Source: Rhynchobatus australiae
Lineage: Eukaryota
Length of the DNA: 64,000 nt
Direction: 5' to 3'
NCBI GenBank assembly: GCA_034780895.1
Contig: JAUZTB010000066.1
Coordinates: 22,940,963-23,004,962, forward strand
Shown: positions 12,646 through 25,650 of the stretch, piece by piece
Numbering within the stretch: position 1 is the first letter of the stretch
Layout: each line of letters begins with the position of its first letter
Program-made: the position numbers and the translations under genes
The notes under the pieces: model-generated
What the model was told of the DNA's origin: nothing
Database searches by the model: none
The model's input: only the letters and a program-made list of their open reading frames with translations

Positions 12646-13524
12646 TTTGGTGCAGCTGTTTCTTGTAGAATCACTCCTTGTTTACTTTCCTTGTAACATA
12701 ACTTTGGTCAGAAGCATTGCAGGAGATCAGAAATTTTTCAAATATATAGCGTTTGCTTCCTGGTCAATTGACAGAAAAAAACAAGTGTTGAAATCTCTGG
12801 GTACATAAATAAATTCATACAAATAGATGCAGAAAGTCCCAGAAGTTCAAAAAAAATGTTTTTTAAATCTAAAATTGTCACAAATAAGCAATGTCCAATG
12901 TTTCAAATGTTCAATCACTTGAAGAATTTCCTTTCAACAGTCAGGGTGATGCTACTTTAATCTTTACTGTCTTTTTCTGAGTAATGGCCTCCTGAGCTTG
13001 CACCAGAATTTTTATCCAGGAAAATGTCAGAGGCATCAACATCATAATTGTTTGAAAATTATGCAAGCACTGTTAGGAAATATTTGCTGATGTATATGAT
13101 TCACCAAGAGTCCTGATGCACAATGGAATACTTGGTATGCACTTTCTTAAAAGAACTACAGTATAATTCACTGAAAGGAGAGTTTAAGGATATCCACCAT
13201 GGAGTTGTAAGGGATGTTGGTGTAGTCTTAGGAGTGAGAGACCAGCAGCTTTGGAGTAGTAAAGGGATTTATTTGGATGTTCATATATACAGATAATCAA
13301 CAAGGGTGGATACAAAAAGTAATCAAAAAAGACAAATGGCGTCTTTGTCGAAAAAAGGTTGGCATTCAAAAGTGAAAATGTGAGGCATTGATTGGACACA
13401 CTCTTGGTCAGACAGTTGGTCACTGAACTGATGAGGTTTGCAAGAAGTAATAAGGTTACCGTGTATTTTCTGGAGCTGAGAAGTTTCAGGGGTTCTGTAA
13501 TGTTTAAAATATAGGAATAATCTG

Positions 13525-13705
13525 AGCTGACACAGGTAAGGTTCCAAGTTCCCCTCCAAGTTGCACATCATCCTGTCTTAAAAGTTCATCAGTATTCTTT
13601 CATTGTTGCTGAGCAAAATCTTTGAACTCCTTGCCCAATAGCACTTTGGGTTTTGCTTTATCACATGGAGTCCAGCAGTTCAAGGGAACACCACCATCTC
13701 AAGGA
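13525..13705 (+). mobile_element. 3' end fragment of the same CR1/L2-group LINE
   Basis: AAGTTCCCCTCCAAGTTGCACATCATCCTG...TTCATTGTTGCTGAGCAAAATC...CAGCAGTTCAAG...CACCACCATCTCAAGG. Confidence 0.65.
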
Positions 13706-13860
13706 CCTTTGGGTAGCAGTGCGTGGTTGGAGGTGCCATCTTTTAGATGAGATGTTAAACCAAAGTCCTGTCTGCTCCAAGTTGGAAGTGGAAAAACCCT
13801 GTTGCATCATTTTCAAAGAGGAATGGAATCATTCTCCATGCTCTGGTTATTTCATCTTAT
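13705..13860 (+). mobile_element. DeuSINE core fragment (its 3' part probably resumes near 14250-14335)
   Basis: GGAGGTGCCATCTTTTAGATGAGATGTTAAACCAAAGTCCTGTCTGC resembles the Deu-domain core. Confidence 0.7.
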
Positions 13861-16129
13861 TTTAAAGAAAATAATACTGGAAGCACTCAGCCGGTCAGGC
13901 TGCATCTGTGAAAAACTAAACAGAGTTGATGTTTCAGGTCAAAGACTCTTTGTCAGCATCTGCAGGTTTTTTTTATTTTTTAAAAAAAGAGGTGAAATGT
14001 TTCCATCTGTCTACGTAGTAGAAGCTGTGGGTTTTGGAGCTGATGTTGAAAAAGCCTTTGTGAATTGATGCAGTGTGCCCCACAGAAGGTACACACTCTG
14101 GCCATGGTGTCTCAATAAGGAAGACGGGATGTTTTGGTGGAGGGTTGACTGTCAATCGAGTGGGCCATTTTGCCTTGCAGGGAGTTTTTTAATTAAAAAG
14201 AAATAATACTATCTGTTCATTGATAGATTTTACATTGCAAAATTTGGTTTTAATCTACATAACAACTGCAATTTCACTTTAAGAATACTTTGTTTTTATA
14301 AAGCACTTTGGGACATCCTGTGAAGGGATGTTAATGGAGCTTTTTAAGGACCAGTGTGTCTGTCTGAATGCAATGCACCCGTCACCCATATGTACACATT
14401 CTAGCTATAGTCACCAGGAACAATCTGGGGCTTCAGTGCAGGCTGCTTAATCCACTGTAATGGAGAGTGTTTCTCAACTGTGGTCACCAGTTTAGCATAT
14501 TACCAGATGTTGAACCAGTTACCTTGTTGCTGTATATCACACATTCACGTTGTCGTCAGAGTTACCCAAGTTGGTAAAACTTTCAACAATATTTCTATTT
14601 TGTCATATTAAATTTGTAAGGCATCACTTGCTAAGATAACATTTAGTTTCAGCATTAGTTAGCAGTCTGAACTAGATTCATATTGATGATTTAGTGTATT
14701 AATTGCTTTACAGTGGTAAGGTCACTACATCCAAATTCAAATAGTTTGGCTATTTATGATGTTCCCAGCTTGTGACAACAGTTTTGTACGGTGACTGGCT
14801 TTGTAGGTGGATGGTTGGTTGTGAACTTATATAAATAAAGGTTAGTGGCACTTGGATTAGTGGCACTGACAGACAGCTTGATAGTTGAACTCCAATATGG
14901 TGGACATAAGATTCACAGAAGAGCAAGTGTAATGCCTTTTCTTCTTTCTTCCTATCCTTTTTTTTCTCTGCTGCATCTGAAGTTCCCTTGTAGCCTTTTT
15001 CCCTCTTGTCTATAATGATCCTAACCACCAGTAGGTGACCATCTGACTTTTGGAGGTGGGGTATTGAGTTCTAGCCCCCATTAGAGCTCTGAGGCTTTGG
15101 TGACCTGTTAAATTCAGAAGGCAATGGTTCACCAATTTTGTTTAGGAACTAACACAGAAAGAAACTGCCTCCTTAAGGGGTAAAAGTGATGAAAGTTCCC
15201 TGTGCCTCCTTTACACCTTCATATATTAACCTGTTTTTTTTTCATCCCAACTGCTGAACTTGCTGCTGCATTTTAAATATTCTCATTTATAGAATGTTGA
15301 AACACAAAACTAAAATTGGCTGGTGGTAGTGATGCACACAAACATCTTGCATGTTTGTAAGATATTTCTCTATTCATTGCTTTAGCAGAGGTTTACTGTA
15401 AGTAGATTGTCTCCATAACTAAAATGTTAAATTGAGGAATGTCACATAAATGCATTAATCTCCAAAGGGGTGGAAGAAAAACATTCCACTGGAGAGCAAG
15501 CCACGATGCTCTTATAGGAATCATACTTACGCAATCTTTGCTTGTAATTGTTCCACCAATTTCAATCAGATTCAGGCTTTGATACAAAGTACCTCACAAT
15601 TTCCACATACTCAAGCCACACGGTCATTGTTTATGTCCAAGGGTAAATGACGAATGTCAGTATCATTGACCATATGAGTCATAAATGACAAGACTGAGAG
15701 TATCTTGATCCAGTGATCACACAGATACACACACTACCAGTGATGAACAGCATCAAACCCAGAGCACAGAACAAAGAGGAGCAATGAAATTTGCAGAGGC
15801 TTCCAAATATTGCTGACAGTGGGGAAACCAACTGATGATGAATCCACACATAGCGGAGAGAAATTTGATTCAGTGACTGCAGACTCTTATCCTTTGCCTG
15901 TTTATTTTCAATAGATGGACAGTGTCTGTGTGTTATACTTGGATCTTCAGAAAATCCTTGAAATTTCCCACTTTACTGCGGCACCCAGTTGGTCAGGCCC
16001 TAAAGGAAGGATCTAGCTAAAGGGAGGAATTGAGTGCTTGTTGGGGGATGGAGAGGGGAAGCAGTGAGTGGAATGGTTGCAGAGGACTATACTGCTGGAA
16101 ATATTGTTCAGTTAGTGACTTTTTTCCAA

Positions 16130-17290
16130 AGCTATACTATTTTTTTTACATACATTTGGGACATGACATTTTCTACATTCACTATACCACACAGTACATT
16201 CAATGACAATTTATTAACATCCCAGTGTTTCATCCCCAAATGTCGCAGCAGTGAATCATTTGAGAGGCTGCGACACAGGGCTCAATCCCTTAGTGTCCAA
16301 TAGCAGCAGAACCCTAGGCGATGGTCTTTCCTCACAGAGCCATTGCAATGGATGCACTGAGCTTCAGTGCATCTTTCAGCATGCACTGCTGCACCTTAGG
16401 ATATGCCAGTCACACCATTCAGTTGCAGACATCTTCGTGCATTGGAACACAATGAGTGACTGGCAGGGAAAGTGCATCTTTCTCTGGGCTAATGATCTTT
16501 CAGGAACAAATGTGTTTGTCTCAGTATGTGTCCCTGAGAACAACCAGAGCACAGAATCATGTGATACACAGTAGTCTAGGATGAGGCTCAATAAAGGCCA
16601 CTGCATCTCTTCCCAAACCTTGATGAATATACAGTCCACATGGAGGCGCATGATGGTCTTGAACTCGAGGGTGGCATGTGATGGGATTGAGACTGGCTGT
16701 GCATGAAGGATCTGACAGTGAGAGCCCTTCTTGCTTCAGCAGTGGGAGGTCTTGGTGCCTGCTTGAGATATCTGGTGAAGAGGCATTCTGCCGATTGGCT
16801 TTGACAGTATGTTCAGGAAACCAACTGACAGAATCTGCTGTTTCCTGTTCCCCTAGGACTGTAAGGATATACCAAGCAGACCACTACCTGATTGACTTGT
16901 GATCAAAGTTGTTTTTCTGCAGAAATCTTTGCCCGAGGAGCAGGTGGTACAGCATAACCCAACTGAATGGAACGCTGCATGGCAACGAGGCCAGGTCCAT
17001 CCTTTACAACCCTGGGACAGGTAGAACCTCAGCGTCTAGGCTCCATGCAGCCACACACAAAGATGACCATCAGGATGGGGGCTGCACTGGGTACATTTTT
17101 CTCCCAACCACCCCCTCCGCCAGTTTTACTTGGGGCCTACACGTCATATCACTATGGACATCATCCTTCCTGGATAGCCAAATGAAATGCAAAAGGCTTG
17201 GGTACCTGTTGCAGTGCTGGAGCGGGTTAGGACACACTTGTCATGTACAGTAACACTGAGAGCACCTTGCGTCTGATGACCAGATTCTTT
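16130..17290 (-). mobile_element. Tx1-type (L1 clade) non-LTR retrotransposon 3' part, decayed
   Basis: Minus ORF 16376-16651 (KVWEEMQW...SHDSVLWLFSGTHTETN...LIVFQC..MSATEWC) resembles a recalled Tx1 ORF2 C-terminus; T-rich tail near 16135. Confidence 0.65.
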
Positions 17291-17364
17291 CTCTTGGTTA
17301 ATTGTTTAGAAATTCAAAGTGTGCTGGTTCAGCCTGTAGATTGTTACTCAAAGCACACAAGTTG

Positions 17365-17500
17365 GAGATAAGATATCTTTATTTGTCACATGTACATTGA
17401 AACACACAGTGAAATGCACCATATGCATGGAGTGTTCTGGGGGCAGCCCACAAGTGTCACCACACTTCCGGTGCCAACATAGAACATCTTGCCAGTAAAA
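17365..17500 (-). mobile_element. Short retroelement 3' tail (probably Rex1-type)
   Basis: GATAAGATATCTTTATTTGTCACATGTACATTGAAACACACAGTGAAATGCA has the same architecture (reverse AATAAA plus short repeats) as the other tails. Confidence 0.55.
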
Positions 17501-17600
17501 NNNNNNNNNNNNNNNNNNNNNNNNNNNNNNNNNNNNNNNNNNNNNNNNNNNNNNNNNNNNNNNNNNNNNNNNNNNNNNNNNNNNNNNNNNNNNNNNNNNN
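17501..17600. other. Assembly gap (one of 12: 2139-2177, 17501-17600, 20387-20486, 23799-24038, 27326-27425, 32062-32100, 37910-38563, 39324-39407, 41667-41797, 43305-43404, 46330-46409, 52936-53035)
   Basis: Runs of N; five are exactly 100 N (placeholder size). Confidence 0.99.
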
Positions 17601-20600
17601 CCCACAAGTGTCACCACACTTCCGGTGCCAACATAGAACATCTTGCCAGTAAAAATGAATGATCATCCAGATAGGCTGGTTCAAGTGCAGAATGAAAATA
17701 CAATAAAAATGGACTGAATAGCCAGCTTGACCTCTATCTAAGATGACGTTATAACTCTGTGAATGTTTGGATAGGTATTACGCATGGAAACCCCATGGAG
17801 AACTTCAGTGCCTCTGGTCTCTAATTTAGCTGAAATAATCTGGCTCCATACTGTCTGGTGTTGAATCTGGGTGACTTTTGTGTGGCTTAGTGCATGCCAG
17901 GGCAAGCAGAGGCAACAGCCAGAAGAACTATGATAAATTTGCAGAATGGTGCACAAAAATGCCAAAAATACACATCTTTAAAAGTCAGATGGCAGATGTT
18001 CTGTTTGCTATAACCCAATGACATTCCAGCACTCAGTTGTGACTACAGTTAGATCAGTCTGACCCCAGTAGTTGCATCGACAAAATCTGTCTTGCAAAAA
18101 TCTACTCTCAATACAGCAGCAAAACCCCTTCACGGGGAATATCTGAGAGCTGGGAACTTTGATCTCCATCAGAACAGTTCAAACTTAATGGTCTTGATGT
18201 TGTGAGGGAAAAATAAAACTGACTTCTTACCAGAGGCAAGAAGTTTGGAGCTGGCAACCAAAGACATCTCGACATTGAAGGATGGCCTCCCTTCCTTTGG
18301 GCAAAAATAATAGCATTTGCCTGCTGAACTCTGCGAAGAACTTTTGGCTCAAAAGATAAACTAAGCTTGACCCAAGGGCTGGATTAACAACCTGCCACTT
18401 GTAATATTGAAGGCTAGGAGGGCAGCTTTTAACAGACCCAATGGTATGTTATGGCAACAAAGAGAAAAGTGGTTCAACTTTAGTAATACTGGTTAAAAGG
18501 ACAAAACCATTGCTTTCCCTGGATAGGGATCAAGGAAGCTGATGCACTGCCATGACTGTAATGCAATATCGACCCCATTCCGCGTCGAGCAAGCAGTCCA
18601 ATTTAGAGCAGCACTCACACACAGGGGAAGTGTAAATCATCCCTGTTAGACTGACATAAGCGTGGATGTATGTCCAGACACCTCTTTCGGAGGAAATGGA
18701 GTATAGTATAAGTATTGTTCTTATTGGTAACAGAATCCTTGACTTGGGTCTGGAGGCTATTAAATTGCCTCAGTAGGGTCTAAAGAACACCAAGACAAGC
18801 CGACTGTTTGCCATTCTCAGTGTAGTTAAAATAAACAGTTCTGAGCTGCAGAGACGAGGCGTCGTGTCCCACTGCAAATTGAGCAATCATTCAAAGAGTT
18901 GATTATAGTCCCGCAGTCCATCAAGCTATGCACACCACAGCAGATTGCCATCTCCAGTGACAGTCTTTAGAGGAAGGCCCTTGATGACTGTGTGAAATTC
19001 TAATACCGAGCAAAGCTTTTTATCTCATTTAGCTGAGGCTGTACCTCCAGCTTTTTAAATATCTTGGACACAACAAGAAGCAAGAAACAGAAGCCAGTTA
19101 GAGCTGAATTTTATCGGAGCATTTTTTTTCTGGATTGTTTGACAAGCAATGGTGTCAATGTGCTGGTTCAAGCTGTTACTGTGTTGATTGCAGCAAGTCA
19201 ATTATGCACACCTCCTAACTAAGCTGAAGATCAGATATATATTGATGCTGGCCTGGGGAATTTTTGGGATGTTATCCGACACCACATGGGAGGAAGGCAA
19301 ACAACTTAGGAAATGCTGTAAATTTCATGCCTGGAGCCTCATTTGAATTGAATAAACTCGCAGGACAAGATTTTTATGCTCTTAGGATTCTTACCAATAG
19401 AGCAGTGAAGACTAACACTGTGCCCACTGTGGAGTGATATTGGTTTCTGTAATGTGTGTGGTGCATGGCAGAAAGTTCACTGTGTTCTGAAGAAGTAAGT
19501 AAGCTTGTGCATTTACTTTTATATTTCCAACGTGAGCCACTTAGCCAAGGCAACCGGGATCTGTAGGTTGATGTATAGTGTCAGGACAAAACTGACATCA
19601 CCTCTAAATAAATCATTATCTTTAGATGCGAAGTGTTGAAGCAATTGTCAAGCATTTTGTTTCTATAATAAAGTAGAATTTCATACGAAGCAATCATATC
19701 GTTATTAGTAATACTTTTGAGCTGTATCTTTGGTTACACTTAAATATTATGAGTAAAGAATAGTGTAAGTGGTGGTCTTAAAGAGTACATACACCCAAGT
19801 TTCCCTTGCAAAACTGGGTGTATGTAGTCTTTGGTATCTCACATAATTGAAATTTCAATTTGTATTCCAAATGAACAAAAACATTTACTTAAGTATAAAA
19901 AAACTTTAGCCTTCCATTTTTAATACATTTAAATTTAGTTTTGAAATGTCCCCAGATTGAGTGGCTACTTTCAAGTTCTTGTTCTGAAGAATCAATCTTT
20001 CTGTCAGTTGCATTTGCTGTGAAGAGAGGCATATTTTCTGATTGTCGAGTTCAGACCCTCTCACCAGGAAAGACATTTACAAATGCCCCACTGCTAAACA
20101 TGCATTGCCATTCCATCTAAGTTGTGGTTTTGTGCAGACACTGCACTGTTTGTGATGTGAGCAATTTTCTGATCTGAAAAACATGAAACATTTTAAATTG
20201 GAAGACGACATTGTTCTCACCCAACTGTTGGCATTTTCTGTATTTGGAGCTGAGTTAGTTTTCACAGATCGCTTTGATTGTTCTTTTTTCTCTGCTTTTA
20301 TTTTACAACCCATCATTTCTAGTTTTCCTTAGTTCTGTTTTACTTTAGTTTATTTCTACTCACTTTCTCATCCACATGATTCATTANNNNNNNNNNNNNN
20401 NNNNNNNNNNNNNNNNNNNNNNNNNNNNNNNNNNNNNNNNNNNNNNNNNNNNNNNNNNNNNNNNNNNNNNNNNNNNNNNNNNNNNNTATCTGCTTTTCAA
20501 CATTGATTCCTCTCTAACTATGTCTTTTTTAAGTATTCAAATCCCCACAAGATACTTTGAGACATCAGACTTAAGTAGTTCCAATATATCATGCTAGTTA

Positions 20601-21229
20601 GGTGGTCTATAATGAAGCCAAACTGTTTTCTGTCTCATTCCAATTGATCATGCCACGCAGAATTGAGCTGAGTTTGTACTTTCTAAGATGCCAGCACAGT
20701 TTCATCATTCATTAAACTTTAAGTGTGTGCGTACTGAAATGTTTCATTGTATCTGATTGCGAAGAGAGGGGCAGTCCATGAATTTGAGCTTAATTTGTGG
20801 TGCCGAGGCTACTGTTACATCTGATACTTGGACAGCCTGATCATTAGTAGTAAGTTGTTCCTTTCCAATGCTTTTCCCTCTTTGCCCCTCCTGTTTTATT
20901 TTGGAACATGGTTGCTCTGTTTCTGTGGGTTGACGTGCACGAGTGAGCTACAACACCCTGTGTAATTGTATATATTTTGACAAGTAGACAATTCTAGTCA
21001 CATCAAGCAGTGAGAGCAGTTTTATTTATTGACTTGAGTCTGATGAGAGCATGTCCTGTTCACAGAATGAATGATAGTCATTTGTTGAAAGAATGCAGGC
21101 GCATTGTGTAAACCAAACTCAGCAGTCATTATATGATTGCTAGAAAAGTTGTGTTCAAGACTTTTGTTACAAGGGCTTTCAGTAAATTATCTTAGAAATT
21201 AAATCATTGGAACCTTTCCATGAATGACT

Positions 21230-21550
21230 TTTTAATTTATTCAGTTTTTGGATCCTGAATGTCACTGGCAAGACTGGCATTTAATTGCCCATCCTTAATT
21301 GCCCTTGAACAGTCTAGGCTGTTTCATAGGCCTTTGGAGAGTCAATAACATTGGTAATCTGGAGCCACATGTAGCCATACCCAAGTAGAATGGCCAATTT
21401 CATTAGTGAAGCAGACAATCCAGTTAATTATTATTATTCTGAAATTAAATTCAGCAGCTTCCATGGTGAGATTTGAACTTAGTTTTCCAGGTTGTTTGTC
21501 AGGGCTTCTTGGTTAGTAGTTGAATAATTTAACCATTGAGCCATCACTAT
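21230..21550 (-). mobile_element. Reverse copy of the SINE family seen at 5490-5762
   Basis: GGCATTTAATTGCCCATCCTTAATTGCCCTTGAA...CCATGGTGAGATTTGAACT is the reverse complement of that tail and B-box. Confidence 0.65.
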
Positions 21551-24351
21551 ACCCATAAGGGGTGTATTGTAGCATCTTTATTGCTGAATAGTTTAGACCC
21601 TCCAACTCAATAAGATCCCCTCAGTGCAATTACCAAAAAAAAATCTGTTGAGCATTGCTTTTAATATTTAAACAAATTAGACACTCCCCACCCTGCAGGG
21701 GGAAAGGAAGTGCATTACATTTGTGTTTTTAATATGGAAATTCGATATCAGACCTCAACAGACTCAACTTTGAATCGTGCAGCTTATAAGAGTTGCCTTG
21801 ATATTTTGATAGATCTCTTTCTTGTTCTGTGTTCTGAGGGCTGTAATGTCACCAGGGAAGAGATGAATATATTCTCTAGTGATGGCACAGTGCATCTCAA
21901 AGCTTTTTGGATTGGGAAACACCAATACTTTCAGCAATGACAAACAAGTGAAGCTCCAAGACTGAGGGAGTCTCCCGCTGTGTGCTTGGCAATTTAGAGA
22001 TTAACAACAATTATTTATGCACTGACTATAACAGTGCAAGGCTTCAAAGCTGTAAAAGGAGGAAGCAGTCATTTAGTTAGCAATGAGTGAACTTGAGTAT
22101 GTTATTTATGACAAATATATTCAAATTATATTTCTGAAAATCCAGTTTATCATTTGCTGGTCAGATAACCAAATATCCCTTTATAAGTCAATGTCAATTT
22201 AAATAACATTCAGTATTAACTTGCATGAATAGTTTATTCTCCTCTGATATTATACATGTGGATTTAGTAACAAATGCAGTGTTTTGGAGAGGTGGGTAAG
22301 AAAGGAAGGACAGTTTGACAGTAGTCAAGTATACTGTATTTTTATATGTAATCCATTGGTCTGCCGTGGCAGTGAAATTCACAGGATCCAGCGGTGTATA
22401 AGAATAGAAATATTACTGGAGCTGAAAGATAAGGTCATTTAATTGATGTTGCCTTTGAGTGAGGCTATGGCATTTAAGTTAAGGAGGTCTCTTCTCATCA
22501 TCTCATTCCACTCTTTGGTCTTTAGAAATCAGTCTGTTTGAGATGTTACCTCAGTCTCCACCATAGAAAGAACTTTACTGTAGATACTTCTGAAGTTTCT
22601 CACAGAAGTTAATCTAAAGTGAAACACTTGTGGGATAACCAGTGGTGTTGTATTTTTCTCTGAAGATCCTAGTGTTTCCAAAAATAACCATCTGAGAAAT
22701 TGTTATGTTCTCTGTGTTCCCGAGTGTATCCCCATTCCAAAATCAACCACTTGCCTCCAGGTAGCTCCTGCCTGGTAGATTTTCAGCATTGGGTCAGGAC
22801 CCTCGCTGGGACGTGTGGTATGAATGTTTTGTTGTAGGTGTCTGGGGCTTGTAGTTCTTCCACCTATGTTGGCTGCTTTTTATGATTCTCTACTTAACCT
22901 TGGTAAGTCTGAGAGTCCCAGGGATCATTGCCCCAGTACACATCTGGTCACCACTAATTCCACTTGTTATCAAAGAGAAGGAGTGACGGATATTGGAGAG
23001 TCAATCAGGGATTGAAATAGTTAAAATGCAGGAAAGAAGATGGATGTGTTACCAATGGATGACTAGGTTGAAAGGGTGTAAAATATAAAATAATGTGGAG
23101 TAGAATTTAGCCATTATGGAAATTTTATTAAAATGAACTATGTACAATTCACAAAACTATAATAGTTCACAAAACAGCAATTGGCAGGAAGAACCAGTGG
23201 CTTCGGGCTGCAGAGACTGTGGCTCAAGATTAATTCCTCGACAAAATGACTTGAGTCCCTGTCTGAAAGTATTGGCCACACCACTGGCTGGAACTGCTAA
23301 TCAGCTGCTTTCTAGACTGAAAGGTGAGGTGAATGGCAGAAAATCTTAGGACTGGGAAACCTAATGATTTGTTGTAGTTCCCAGAGTATTATTTCTGCTC
23401 TTCTGAATCTTCAAGCAATCCTGGGGATTAAAGAACCAATTGTGTTGCCAATGCCTCTTCTAGTCTTAGCTCCAATCACTGCTTCCCTTTCAGGCTAAGG
23501 GAGCACATTGGGCCCATTGATGTCAGCAGAGGCCAATCTGCCTCTCTGGCCAAGTCTAGAAACAAAGACATGAGCAGTGGTGAAAGGTGAGGAAAGCTTT
23601 CACCTTTCGGCACCAGTTCTTCCTGTGGTGAACGGCAGTGAGCAGGGGGCTCCCATGAGCCACCGAAGAATGTGAATCTTTCGACTATGTTTCATACAGA
23701 AATATTGCAGCTCTTTTTGGAGAGAAGGCCTTTAGGGAACACCTGCTCTCTTGATGAAAGAGTTGGGAGTATTTTTGGCTGATCAACAGCGGCATATTNN
23801 NNNNNNNNNNNNNNNNNNNNNNNNNNNNNNNNNNNNNNNNNNNNNNNNNNNNNNNNNNNNNNNNNNNNNNNNNNNNNNNNNNNNNNNNNNNNNNNNNNNN
23901 NNNNNNNNNNNNNNNNNNNNNNNNNNNNNNNNNNNNNNNNNNNNNNNNNNNNNNNNNNNNNNNNNNNNNNNNNNNNNNNNNNNNNNNNNNNNNNNNNNNN
24001 NNNNNNNNNNNNNNNNNNNNNNNNNNNNNNNNNNNNNNAGGGTCTTTATTTACTAATCTGGTTTACTACCTTCAAATCTTGCCAAGTTGAAAGCCAGTGC
24101 ATATAGAGAGCCTTTGAATACTGCTGCTGTGTACTGCAAGTCTATGAAACAGCCTTTGGTAAGAGTCTACAACTTTGTTGCTAACTGCTGCACTTTGTGT
24201 AAATACCCCTGTTTTCCTTTTCTCTGGCTGTCTCCAAGTTTGTCGATTTCCCCATGCATGCAACTTCCTTCGCAGATCTTTTTCTCACTACAATTGGTCT
24301 GCACTCTCAAGCCGATTTCACAGTCACTCTGTAAATTACCTTCCAAGGACT

Positions 24352-24685
24352 GAGCAGCAGATTGGCACAGCTGTTAGACTGCTGCTTCACCGTCCCAGCG
24401 AATCAGGTTTGAGCCTGACCTCCGGGCGCTGTCCGTGTGGAAGTTGCATGTTCTCCCTATGATTGGGTGCGTTTCCTCCAGCATCCCAAACGTATGCAGG
24501 CTGATTGGTTAATTGGCCAGTATAAATGCCTCTGCTGTAGAAGTGAGTGGTAAAATCTGGAGGGTGGTGATGAGAATGTGGGGAGAATAGGTTACAGGGA
24601 AAATTACTGGGGAATGGAATTGATCTGTGAGCCGGCATTGACTCGATGGGCTGAAATGCCCCACTGTGTTGTCAAGAACTATGGT
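24352..24685 (+). mobile_element. HE1/V-SINE-type SINE, diverged copy
   Basis: Colinear with 12304-12645 (GCTGCTTCAC..., GTGTGGAAGTTGCATGTTCTCCC, CATCCCAAA, TTAATTGGCC, GATGGGCTGAAATGCC tail). Confidence 0.8.
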
Positions 24686-25309
24686 ATGTGGAGCATTGTG
24701 TTTAATTCTTTTCTAGTTCGCAATAGATGTTTGGGCTTTCTCTTTGGGTACTTTGGAATCTTCCCTGTTACTTTAGTGAAAAGATTGCCTTTTCAGAGTG
24801 GACAATGTTAGAGCTAAACCTGTCTCTACCTTCATGAACCTACTGCAGGGATTTTGTTGAGGTTACACACAGCTTGATTTTGTTAATAGCACAGTGATGA
24901 ATGATTGAGTCTTGAAAAGCAAAGGAAAACTGTTACATGTCCTTGACACTTGTGTTCTTTGCATTTGAGTGAGACGAAGTGTGGCTGTCAAAAACAATGT
25001 TTTCTCAGCATTTCAGTGCAAGCAGGAGGAAGTTGCCGGTCACGTACTCTGCACATGTCTAATTGGCCACAAGTGTGATCTGATGGCAGGAGGGCAAGAT
25101 TGGCTCTCCATTGGTTCACGCAATTGGATACTAATTGCAGCACATGTCAGCATCAAAATGTTCAAAAAATCTCTTCTTTTAAATTTGAATATATAGTTGC
25201 TGACATCCCAAACCTCATTATATAGGTATTCCTCATTTAGTGAAAAGGATGTGTTGCTGGAAAATGTTTTGTCAAGTGAAATGTTCTAAATTGAAAAGTT
25301 TGGGCGTAC

Positions 25310-25650
25310 AGGCATCATTGGTATAGTCAGGGTCAATTTCCCAGGGTGGAAATGTCAGTTACTAGAGGGCATAGATTTAAGGTGAGAGGGGGAAAGTTTA
25401 ATGAAGATTTGCGAGGCAAGTTTTTTTTTCACACTGAGTATGGTCAATGCCTGGAGCATGCCGCCAGGAGAGGTGTTGGAAACAGATACAATAGCAACAT
25501 TTAAGAAGCATTTAGACAGGCACGTGAGTAGGCAGGGGATAGAGGGATAGAGACCACAGGCGGGCAGATGGGATTAGTTTAAATTGATATCATGGTCAGC
25601 ACAGACATCATGGGCTGAAGGGCCTGTTTCTGCACTGTAGCATGTATTAT
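25310..25650 (+). mobile_element. 5'-truncated CR1 (HER1-like) LINE 3' end
   Basis: TRGHRFKVRGGKFNEDLRGKF...VNAWSM...TIATFKKHLDRH C-terminus plus tail ATGGGCTGAAGGGCCTGTTTCTGCACTGTA. Confidence 0.88.

Noticed and set aside
17447-17654. 54-bp direct repeat on both sides of a 100-N gap (similar cases at 27296/27426 and 43286/43405); superficially like repeat-spacer-repeat or a target-site duplication
   Set aside because: Identical sequence flanking a fixed 100-N placeholder is a typical unmerged contig overlap, not CRISPR or a biological repeat.
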